Below, piece after piece: positions 1 to 9,604 of a stretch of DNA of 64,000 bases; position 1 is the stretch's first letter; every line of letters starts with the position of its first letter. The stretch lies in the NCBI RefSeq assembly GCF_964188315.1, contig NC_135662.1, forward strand, positions 59,706,001 through 59,770,000, read 5' to 3'. The notes beneath the pieces were generated by a model, which was given only the letters and a program-made list of their open reading frames with translations, made no database searches and was not told where the DNA came from. This stretch comes from Podarcis muralis (taxonomy: Eukaryota). A program made the position numbers and the translations under genes.

Positions 1-298
1 TTATATACTGTGGCTTGCCATTGTTTTATTGATTACAGTTTAGATATTATTTATTGTAACTGTTGAGTGGATTTCTGTTTAACTTTTATATGGTGATATT
101 ATTTGATACTATTCTAATGATTGTTGAATGTTACTTTTTTGATGTAGGTTGCCTATTTTAAAGTTATGTTTTATTATCACATTTTTGTATTGTATTAAAT
201 TGTTATAAGATGTACATCTTTTGTTTCTTCAGCTTGTAAACCGCCTTGAGTATTGCAAGATAGAAAGGCAGTATACAAATTAAAAATGATGATGATGA
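1..298 (+). mobile_element. L2-type LINE 3' UTR remnant
   Basis: T-rich tract ending in TGTAAACCGCCTTGAG...GAAAGGCAGTATACAAATT plus (GAT)n tail, typical of squamate L2 3' ends; start is cut by the window edge. Confidence 0.6.
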
Positions 299-2034
299 AA
301 TGCAAGCTGAATTGAATTGCTCCTCCATCTCTAGCTACAAACCTAAACACGTTTTCTAGAATGTTAGCCCTAGTGAGAATTATCAGTACAGTACATTTAA
401 AGACTGAAGCTGGGGTTGCTTCCCTTTGGAAGGAAAGGTGAGTGGAGACTTAAAAGATTTCTGCAAGTCCTGCTAGTGGAAGGCTGTGCAAGGACTTCTA
501 CTAGGGCGTCAGGGCTTCCCCCTCTCTCCCTCTGCCCCAAACCCCTCCAAACTGGCTGGTGGGGGTGTCAGTACAACACAGGGAAGGAGAGGGGCAACAT
601 GTTGGCTGGCAAACTGAAACGCTTGCGCTGAGGAAAGGCCTGCCATAGTGCTATATTGAATTCCTCCCAACACCATCATTTCTCTGGCTCACTGTACCAA
701 CCTGCTTCTGTTCCTTTTGTTCCTTGCATGCACACATATACAGATATCTATTAAATCATCTTTTGCTGCAGGGATGGAAAGCTATGCTGGCTTCCCCACA
801 AGGAACGTTGCAGAGTGGTCTCTGTGTCAAGCACTGAAACAGAAGTATTGGGTATTTAGTCCCTAAATAGAAAAGCTGTTATGGCCAGACCGCGCTATCC
901 AGGTTGACCAGTTTTCATAACAGCCCCTGTAGTCAACCCCGCCAGGCAGGGGAAAACAGTACATAGCTGAAGACCCAATTTATGAGCATCAGGATGACCA
1001 CAATTCCTGGTCAAATAAACTCAATGCCAGGGAATAAACTCCACTGAACCCATTGGGGCTTGCCTCTGACTGCATGGGTTCCCACTTCTCTGGGTGAGAA
1101 CCAGGACTGGACTTTGCACTACCACAAGTGAGATTGGATATGGTCTCTGAGTGGTTGAAGACTGAATGGTGCATGGAGCAATCTTTTTGAATTTACTTAC
1201 TGATTTTACGATTCTTTCCAATTTGGTTCCCAATACATTTCTGAATTTCTATCAAATGAACACTATTTTGCTGTGAGCCACTCTGGGCACAACTCTGTGG
1301 GTGAGTGGAAGACAAATAAACAGGAAACGATGATGTATTGAAAAGGAAGCTGAGCTTTTAACTGAAGAACATCAGCTAGTTGAAATGCAACTTCTAGCTT
1401 TTAATTAGAAATGCAAAACAATCTTGCAAGGACATGTTACTATTTAAACTGCTATGCTAATCTGTCACAGCAGCAAAACTTAAAAGCCTCATCACCTCAT
1501 TCACTTGTAAATTACCTTGGCACTCCAGCAGAGAGGTCATCACTGCTCCTGCTCTGAAAAAAGTCCCAGAGCTGTGCTCCACTGCAGTCTCCCTCCTTTA
1601 CTGACATTATTGCCATAAGCTTTTGAATGAAAGCCGATGCTCATATAAAAAGTTGTGCCAGCTCCACAGCTTATCCAAATGGCAATGGCTATTTATAAGG
1701 TAGCAGCACACAACACCCACAAGCTGTAGTTTGATATTTGCTACATTAGTTAACTACAGCACCGTGGCCCACAGTGTTTGAAAGAGTCTCGGGTATTTTT
1801 ACATACACGATTCACCCAGTGCCTATATCTTATATGGTCCTGTTCATCCAATTTTCCCTACATAAGACAGCAAGGAATTGTAGCTCTGTGAGGTGGGAAC
1901 TACAGGTCCCAGGATTCTCTGGAGAAAGTCATGTGTTTAAAATATGTATTGAATGTGTTTAAATGTATGGTGTGGATCCACCCACAGAGTATCAGTACAA
2001 TCCCTGGAGGGTTTTTTTGTTTTGTTTTGTTTTT

Positions 2035-2068
2035 AAGGGACCCCTGACCATTAGGTCCAGTCGTGACC
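2035..2068 (-). mobile_element. Heavily 5'-truncated Sauria SINE (3' tip only)
   Basis: AAGGGACCCCTGACCATTAGGTCCAGTCGTGACC is nearly identical to the 3' ends of the full copies at 4249 and 33500. Confidence 0.75.
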
Positions 2069-2612
2069 TGGATAAATAAACTCCTGTGAACTCAATGGTG
2101 CTTTCATCTAGGTATTGTGGGCAAAATTCAGCAAAGGGGGGAAATAACCCATGCTTTTTTACAAACATGCATTCACCAATTTGACCATAATTGCCTCTTT
2201 GCCACATTTCCTATTGCAATTACTTTACAACCTTCTAAAATCCTACTGCACCCAGGCCATTCCAAAAATGATGAATCATTCCACTGCCATGTAGATATAA
2301 ACCCACTGCCTATCTGTTATGAGAATGGCCTACTGTTTTATGCAGCACAACAACTGGCCAGCTTACACACAATTCTAAATTAAACTGTAGCTTGGTGCGA
2401 ATAAGCAAATGCATAGGTTCCCAGGGAGAAGATCACCGTCGCTTCACTGTACCTCTGGCCCTGCTTCTTTGAGCTAATTCATGACCCTGCATCTGAATCC
2501 AGGCTCATTGTTTTGTCTCCCCCAGACAAACCATAAGGAGTAAATAAGAAGCTTTCATTACAGCTTGCTGTTTATCTGGAGCAAAACAAACCTTGTGTTC
2601 AAGTTCAAATGC

Positions 2613-2740
2613 CACGCTAAGCCAAATTTTGGATTAGCTGACAGCAGCAAGACCAGAGGAAGAGCAAAGGGGCTGCAAACCTCTTTCTGGGAACCCACGA
2701 ATTTGCTTGTTTGCACTAAACCATAGTTTGGCTTAGAGTG
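2613..2740. repeat. Inverted-repeat (palindromic MITE-like) remnant
   Basis: CACGCTAAGCCAAA (2613-2626) and TTTGGCTTAGAGTG (2727-2740) are 13/14 reverse-complementary. Confidence 0.5.
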
Positions 2741-2779
2741 ATGCGCAAGTCTGTTCACCTTTTATCCAGTGTACAGCGT

Positions 2780-3545
2780 TGCAGCCAGTCAACCGAGCCT
2801 CAACAGTTTTCCGGCATAGGGGGAGGTACGCTGCCATCACTGTGCCCTGGGGACAGCTCCAGCCAATCTACGACCAGAGTGGGTGTGGCCATGGGCCATG
2901 TAATTTCGGCGTGGCCAGCTGGTTCCCTCTTTCTTGCCTCTTCATCAGATCACCCTACCCACCCACCCTCCTTTCATATGACCTTGCTATGGCAGTTGTC
3001 GGTCGCCATGTTGTTGGGCAGGGTAGGATTTTTTTCCACTTGGCAAATTGGCACTGGCCATTTGGTTTTCGCCTACCTAGTAGCAATCGTCACAACTTTT
3101 GTGAGGTTAGGCATTGGGTAAGCCTTTGTTTGGTTGAAAGGGAGGTTGCTGCCTTGCCTGCCCATCCTCAGTAAGGGTATCCTGTTAAAGGGATCCGGGA
3201 TGTGAATACTGTCCGAAGCCTGGGTGTGGGCTAGAGCTATGTCACAGCCCATACTGGGAATCCTTGGGGTGCCACTATCTGACGTAAGTTATAGGGCACC
3301 TCCTATTGGTGATTTACCCTTCCGTGGACTCCCTGCAGACGAACAGGAGCCAAGATATAGTCCAGTTTCTCCCAAGGCCTAAGCCAAACCACTCACATCT
3401 GTAACCACTAAAGCTGAGGCCTATTTGAACCCATAAACCAAACATTCCATGTCAGTGTGATTTATTGTTCTCCTGGGAACTTTGTGGCTCAGGTGCCTTG
3501 GCATGCAAGCCAGGTCACCAGTTCAACAGGAATACAAGAGTGACA
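2780..3545 (+). mobile_element. Unclassified, possibly LTR-like interspersed repeat
   Basis: GC-richer block ending in ...GAGTGACA (LTR-like CA terminus), with TGACGTAA and ATTGG motifs; the left end and a TSD could not be fixed. Confidence 0.3.
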
Positions 3546-4248
3546 TAAATTGCATATGGTAGAGATTTCTCAGGATTTGCAGCTGAGATTTGCAGACCAC
3601 TATTTGTCCCATATAGGGATTAGAAATGGTGTAAGTACTGCTCCTATGAGTAGGGTGCCTTCTCTGTGGTGGGATTCTGGAGTTCCTTCACTGGAAAGAT
3701 TCACATGGAGCCACCATTTCTGTCACTTGGGCACCTGGTCAAGCCCACACTATTTGTGCAAACTTTTTAATGGTATTTTTAAAAACCACATTCTAGGTAA
3801 GGGTTCTTCCTTGTTGTTCCCAGGATTCCTGTTGTTATTTTAATTGCTTAATGTTCTTATCTTAAATGATAGTTTGGAAGCCACCTTGGAGATTCATTAA
3901 ATTGGAAAGGTGGAATCATATTTTCAATGAAGTTCTAGATACAACAGGTACTTTTCAAGCTGCAAAAACCATTCATTGTTCACCTTGGGTGCTGTTAATC
4001 CTTTCCAATGGTACTTCTAAGCTTCAGCTTATGAAATTAATTGGCTCTGGCTCTATAATCAAATAATAAAAGGTCACTCAAAAAATGTTATGCTAGTTGT
4101 GCAAGGACCATTTTTCCATGACTGCCTCCCCCGTTGCTGATCCAAACTCAAGAGGAGTGTTTATCACATTGATTCAGCTAGTACAAAGGAGTTCTTTTAA
4201 TTGTTGGTAACAGCCATAGAGTGCAGGAATCAGTATGATGACCATATA

Positions 4249-4597
4249 GGTAAAGGTAAAGGGACCCCTGACCATTACGTCCAGTCGTGACCAACTCTGG
4301 GGTTGCGGCGCTCATATCGCTTTATTGGCCGAGGGAGCCGGCGTACAGCTTCCGGGTCATGTGGCCAGCATGACTAAGCCGCTTCTGGCAAACCAGAGCA
4401 GCGCAAGGAAACACCGTTTACCTGCCCACCGGAGCGGTACCTATTCATCTACTTTCACTTGGACATGCTTTTGAACTGCTAGATTGGCAGGAGCAACCGG
4501 CAACGGGAGCTCACCCGTCACAGGGATTCGAACCGCCGACCTTCTGATCGGCAAGTCCTAGGCTCTATGGTTTAACCCACAGTGCCACCCACATCCC
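4249..4597 (-). mobile_element. Full-length Sauria SINE (Squam1)
   Basis: On the minus strand: tRNA-like head (GGGATGTGGGTGGCACTGTGGGTT...GGTTCGAATCC) and (ACCTTT)n tail; 12-bp TSD GATGACCATATA at 4237-4248 and 4604-4615. Confidence 0.92.
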
Positions 4598-4705
4598 TTT
4601 CAAGATGACCATATACGTGCCTGAAAAAACAGGAATGGGGAACCTTTGACTCTCCAGGTGTTACTGGACGGAAATCTGTCATCCTTGACCATCGGCCACA
4701 ATGAT

Positions 4706-4873
4706 CCTTAGACAGCTCAGGACCGCAATACCTCAAGGAGTATTCATATGAACCTACCCAGACACTCAGATCATCATGTGAGGCCCTTCTCCATGGGCCT
4801 CCTCCATGAGATGTCTGGTGGGTGGCAACATGAGTATGGCCTTTTCTGAAGGCTCCTCCTTTTTGTATTATTA

Positions 4874-4926
<53 letters not shown>

Positions 4927-5210
4927 TACTGTGCATCTGGCTGGGTTTCCCCAGCCACTCCCCTAGGGAGGTTAGCCTGACGCTCTCATTACATATCTTT
5001 AAGCACTAGGTGAAAATGTTCCTCTTCAACCAGACCTTTGGCTGACTAACATTCTATGTCTTTTAAATGCATTTGTGGGACGGGGTTATTGGTTTGGTTT
5101 GTTCTCTTGCTTTTATTACGCATTTTGTGTTTTTATCTTGTATTTTTATGCTGTGAACCCCCCTCCCGTGAAATATACAGGTGAAGGGCCATATACAAAT
5201 TTTAATAATG
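4706..5210 (+). mobile_element. L2 LINE 3' end, interrupted by an antisense insertion
   Basis: Colinear with the L2 copy at 14530-14951 (CTCAGGACCGCAATACCTCAAGGAG... CAGGGAGG... GAAGGGCCATATACAAATTTTAATAAT); ends approximate. Confidence 0.7.
4866..4960 (-). mobile_element. 3' tip of a second L2-type family with an expanded (AAT)n tail
   Basis: CATCTGGCTGGGTTTCCCCAGCCACTC is the reverse complement of the element end at 52386-52440; about 20 ATT units form its tail. Confidence 0.7.
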
Positions 5211-6041
5211 ATTCCTACAACCACTCCTCACAAATGACCTTTACCAGGAATGGTAGGATGAAGCTGAATATCAATACCTTTGCTGACAACTACTGACCCA
5301 CCCCCCACAGTATGAAGTAGCAAATATATGTTCAAAGAAAGCAGAGCTGCCTATGCCAGCTGTCTTGTCATTATGGGATGTGCATGCTGAAATCAGAAAC
5401 ATTGGAATGGGAAGGCCAGAGTTTAATCCTCTATTTTAACTACACAACCAGGCGGTTGGTGATATACAAAATCCAACTGCCTTGCTTCACATTGCCCTCA
5501 AGTATGTGGCAATCGAGGGGGTGTCTCAATACCCCAAACCACATATTGCTGCAGCAGTTTTACTTCTGCAAATGATTTCCTCAGAAAGTGGTAAATAAGG
5601 CTTTCCTAAAGCAATCTTCAAAACACAACAACAAAACCTAGATGGAGGAAATGCATCAAAGACAAGCTCATGGCGTGCATCAACTTTCTGTAGAAAGGGC
5701 TCCTTTTTTCTTTTCTTTCTTGGGGTAAAAATCCACAACTTGATGGATGATGACCAAGCAAGTGAGGAGAAAATGACAAATGTTACTCACCTTTATCAAA
5801 ACAGATTCACAAATGCTTTGTAAACTGTTTATTTGAAATTGTAAAACAGAAAATTTAATAAAGTTATATTTAAAAACATATTCACAAACGCAATTTTAAG
5901 ATTAGAGGATTTGAGCTGTAACTTGCTACCCACACTTGCAAATACACTAGAAATTTCTACCAGGGAAAGAAGAGAAATATCTCAAGGTTAAAATTTTCTA
6001 GGATGCTTCCCTGGGCTAAGAAAGGTTCTAAGTGTTGTTAT

Positions 6042-6288
6042 CAGTGGGCTTGATCCATGGGGGGCAAAAAAGTTATTTTAGGGGAGATCACCCCTAAAAG
6101 TTGAGCTTTTGGGGAGAGCTCATGGGTAACCCCCCCCATAAGAGGGCATTATGGGGGGCAGGCTTTTGTTGAGGGGGGCAGGCTTCTGCTGGAGGGGCAA
6201 AACTGAGGTTAATTTAGTATTTTTATTGCTTTTCAATAGTTTTTGAGGATTTAGGGGGGCAACTGCCCCCCCCACGGCTACACCCATG
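6042..6288. mobile_element. Degenerate hAT-like MITE
   Basis: GGGGGGCAA/CCCCCC-rich interior and right end GGCTACACCCATG; left TIR and TSD are degraded. Confidence 0.4.
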
Positions 6289-6516
6289 GCCAGACCTACA
6301 AAGCCCCAAAACTGCATCCTCCCCACCCCCAATATCTGCCAATCAAGACCCAGTTGTCCATATGGCATAAAAATGAGCTAAACCATCTGAAATGAGGAGG
6401 AAGAGGGCAAACATTATTATTATTACCACCACCATCTGAATTCTTGCACACTTCCTGGGATATTATTATTATTAAAGTATGCATACAGGCAGTGAAACAC
6501 AGAAATCAGATAATGG

Positions 6517-6564
6517 TACTACTACTACTACTACTACTAATAATAATAATAATAATAATAATAA
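6517..6564. repeat. Compound microsatellite (ACT)n(AAT)n
   Basis: Direct reading of the sequence. Confidence 0.95.
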
Positions 6565-6826
6565 TTGTTTGTACTCTTCCTCCTCAATTCAGGTTGCATA
6601 TCATATATGTGTAAATAAACCATATATCATAGACACCATAGTCTCCACTGTGCCTGGAATGTTGCAACGCTTGGAGATTGGCATGCAACAATATGATGAC
6701 TCATGTGGAACAGTGCTTTTGTTCCACTTGCTGACTTCACACACAGGTGTTACAGGGAGATGTTGGAAGCCCCAGAAAGAAGGCTTGACTCAAACTATGC
6801 AACCGTGAGATCAACCTAGTTTCCTA

Positions 6827-7065
6827 GAGCCAGTGTGGTGTAGTGGTTAAGAGACTCATAATCTGGTGAACCGGGTTCGCGTCTCCGCTCCTCCACATGC
6901 AGCTGCTGGGTGACCTTGGGCTAGTCACACTTCTCTGAAGTCTCTCAGCCCCACTTACCTCACAGAGTGTTTGTTGTGGGGGAGGAAGGGAAAGGAGATT
7001 GTTAGCCGTTCCTTAGGGTAGTGATAAAGTGGGATATCAAATCCAAACCCCTCTTCTTCTTCTTC
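6827..7065 (+). mobile_element. tRNA-derived Squam3-like SINE (young lacertid-type subfamily)
   Basis: GAGCCAGTGTGGTGTAGTGGTT A-box, GGTTCGCG B-box, L2-like 3' end and (CTT)n tail; reverse complement of the copy at 41463. Confidence 0.85.
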
Positions 7066-7283
7066 CTCAGCAGAAGAGTAAAGACAAGAAGACTAGGAAT
7101 GATGTGGCAATCATAACTTTATCATATGGTATCAGATATCAGTTTGTTTGTGTTTGCTTGTCTGTTTGTTTTAGTGGGGAGTGGTTAAAAGCTAGCCACA
7201 GACACAGTAACAGAGTTAAGAAAAAGCATAGAAATCTCTATCAATAGTAGGAAATGCTGCTAACATTGAGCCTACATTACAGG

Positions 7284-7418
7284 CAGGGCTTTTTTCAGCT
7301 GGAACTTGCTGGAACTCAGTTCTGGCACCACTCAGGAGGGCGCCATTGCCAATCTGAGAGAGAGAGGGAGGTGTTCGTGGTGACTTCCAGCACCTCTTTT
7401 TCTAGAAAAATAGTGCCG
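7284..7418. mobile_element. hAT MITE
   Basis: Ends CAGGGCTTTTTT...AAAAATAGTGCCG; 8-bp TSD ATTACAGG/ATTATAGG (7276-7283, 7419-7426). Confidence 0.7.
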
Positions 7419-7596
7419 ATTATAGGTTCTCTCTGATCACCTTTTCATGCAGTGACAGGTGTCACACCAAACTTTCCAGCAGATACCTTGCAGGTGCCAA
7501 TCACTTAGTTGGTAGTATGATATGTGCCATGGAGTGCACTCAGGGCTAGAATGTACAGACTGGACTCTGTCACCATGCTAGATGATTAGTACTGTA

Positions 7597-7785
7597 CATA
7601 GGAGCCAACTCTTGGGGCCATGGGGGCTTCGGCCCCCACAATAAAATATTTGAGGGGGCCAGGCTCCCACAAAGTTGATGGGCATTCCCATTCAAATGGT
7701 GTGTGTGCACTGCGTCAAGTGATCAATTATGCAAGGTGGGGCTTACCTGGGCTCCCACAATATCTTATTCAAGTTTGCAGCCCTG
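7597..7785. mobile_element. hAT MITE
   Basis: Ends CATAGGAGCCAAC...GTTTGCAGCCCTG; 8-bp TSD GTACTGTA/GTACTCTA. Confidence 0.65.
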
Positions 7786-8395
7786 GTACTCTAGGCAAGA
7801 GAGATTGGAAACTACTGATATTTAAATTCTTTTCTTAATGTACAGATGCTGACAAACTATTCTTAGACCACTTCCTAATCACAAAGCTAAAGGTTAGTAC
7901 ACTAATATTTACCGAGTAAAACAAACAGCGCCCTGTGTACTTTAGACAGCAAACCTATATTGCTCTGGGAAATTGCAGTAATCCTTATCATCACACCCGA
8001 TGCAATAAAGTCTCCACAATATGGTGCACCCGCTTATCCTTGCATAGTGAACGACTTTTGAACTTGGTGACATAGATTTACTATGTCCTGGTGTTTTTCC
8101 AAACAACAAGTCTAACTGGGGACTTTAGTGCCAATGCTCTTAAACCCAACATAGCTAACATAGTACTTCATCCCTATGTAACATGGTGGTGCAGGAGAGC
8201 CTGTTCCCAGAACTTTAATTAAAAAAAAAAAATGGAGGAAAGATATTCACTCTAGCCCTGCAAAGCAGAAAAGTTAGCCTTTAAAGAAAGGTTAATAAAA
8301 CTGTAGGACAGCCATCCCAGCATGTATGTCTTAGCCATCAACAGATATGTACAAATCAATTACCTTCCCTGGATGCTCCCTTCAAAGTTAATAAA

Positions 8396-8490
8396 TTTCC
8401 AGAGAGGGAGCCCTGTTAGTCTTTTATAGTAAAAACAACAAAGTGCCTTTAAAAACTGCTAATGAAGTGGCCAGTGACCCATCACGAGGC
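8396..8490. mobile_element. Decayed Penelope-associated repeat
   Basis: TTCCAGAGAGGGAGCCCTGTTAGTC...AAAAACAACAAAG matches my recollection of reptile Penelope-type hammerhead-bearing repeats; followed by CTAATGAAGTGG...CACGAG. Confidence 0.5.
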
Positions 8491-8497
8491 CATGTTT

Positions 8498-8575
8498 GGC
8501 TGCAACTCTAACCATGTCTAGTAAGTCCCACTGAATTCAATTACTCCCAAGTAAGCAGGGTTAGGCCTACAGTTT
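8498..8575. repeat. Old palindromic (hairpin) repeat
   Basis: CTGCAACTCTAACCATGTCT..GTAAGTCCCACTGAATTCAATTACTCCCAAGTAAGC..TTAGG..TACAG; same family as 41195 and 43100. Confidence 0.55.
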
Positions 8576-8608
8576 CACTCCCTTGAATCTATAACTCAGT
8601 ATCAATTA

Positions 8609-8850
8609 CAGTGGTACCTTGGTTCTCAAACGGCTTAGTTGTCGAACAAATCGGCTCCCCAACACCGCAAACCTGGAAGTAAGTGTTGCAGTTTGCAAAT
8701 GTTTTTTGGAAGCTGAACATCCGACGCGGCGTCTGCTTGAGTGCAGGAAGCACCTGCAGCCACTCAGAAGCCGCACCTTGGTTTTTGAATGGTTTTGGGA
8801 GTCGAATGGACTCCCAGAATGGATTAAGTTCGAGAACCAAGGTACCACTG
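8609..8850. mobile_element. Tc1/mariner (Tigger-like) MITE, subfamily A
   Basis: TIRs CAGTGGTACCTTGGTTCTC...GAGAACCAAGGTACCACTG with flanking TA duplication. Confidence 0.9.
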
Positions 8851-8950
8851 TAATCCTACCTCAGGCATAAGGAAAGGGCAGTTTAGAACCCTGCTGATAG
8901 CTTCTCTTTGTGTCTTGGGTTGTATGAATTCCTGTGGGCATCTTAAATAC

Positions 8951-9104
8951 TGTTACGAAGATTGCGCACCACCCCCAATCTCTGCCGAGTGGTAACAAGG
9001 AGCTTATCCAGATAATGTTTCCGTTGGGAGTCAAGGCGCAGCAGAGACTGTTGCATCTTTAAGAAATGGGTTTATTTTATACATATTTACACCTGGGCGT
9101 AACA
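8951..9104. mobile_element. Possible internally deleted LTR remnant
   Basis: Termini TGTTACG...CGTAACA with internal TTTATT; no convincing TSD. Confidence 0.35.
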
Positions 9105-9416
9105 AACAATTTAGATACACACACAGAGTCAAACACCACTTCAGAAAAAAGAAAAGCATTTAGGCATCTGTCAGGACTGCAGCAGGAAGAATATGCAGAT
9201 AAGGTACACTGCAAAACAATTTACTTTTCTATTTATGTATAATGTGTACATGTTGTGGGGGGGAGAAACACTTTCGTTGTAGAGAGTTAAGGCAAAAAAG
9301 CTTTCATTGCCGGGAGGAAGGAAACTCAGTTGGCAACCTGTTTTTCACAGATTGCTCCAACATCACTGCTCTCAACACTGTTCCTTACTATTACTTAAGT
9401 CACGGTCAACACTTAC

Positions 9417-9581
9417 CGATGTACAAAAGATGCAGCTGCAATCCTGGAGAGTCGTCATCTTATCCAGTGAATATTCAGACAGGCATAGTTTGCAAGTAAT
9501 CAAAGGCTCCAAGGACAATTCCCCAACCTCCGATATTCTGGTCGTCATGGTGTGATAACAAATCTCAGCAGCAGATGCCAT
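9417..9581 (-). CDS. RNF144B: RNF144B (RBR E3 ubiquitin ligase) first coding exon, N-terminus and start of RING1
   Basis: [55 protein letters not shown] (55 codons) resembles human [30 protein letters not shown]; donor TCG|GTAAGT at 9416-9411; acceptor TTTTGTAG before 9604; next to DEK as in other amniotes. Confidence 0.92.
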
Positions 9582-9604
9582 CAGCTCAGCCAGGCTCACC
9601 AGTT
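9582..9604 (-). other. RNF144B: 5' UTR part of the RNF144B first coding exon
   Basis: Polypyrimidine tract CCTGTTTTTATCTTTTGTAG on the minus strand places the exon start at 9604. Confidence 0.8.

Noticed and set aside
989-1233. Short ORFs as retroelement protein remnants
   Set aside because: Only vague resemblance; no diagnostic motif.
5782-5900. Strong minus-strand donor AAG|GTGAGT as an RNF144B exon
   Set aside because: The adjacent sequence is AT-rich and LINE-tail-like, with stops and no RNF144B peptide.
6827-6900. tRNA gene (also at 34970-35126 and 38151)
   Set aside because: These are tRNA-derived SINE heads without a full cloverleaf, continuing into SINE bodies.
1-9400. Further RNF144B coding exons (CLKQY...)
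   Set aside because: No matching reverse-strand codons were found by eye; the next exon probably lies beyond the window start.
9582-9599. ORF-track start MSLAEL for RNF144B
   Set aside because: It starts at a GTG in the 5' UTR; the first ATG is at 9581.
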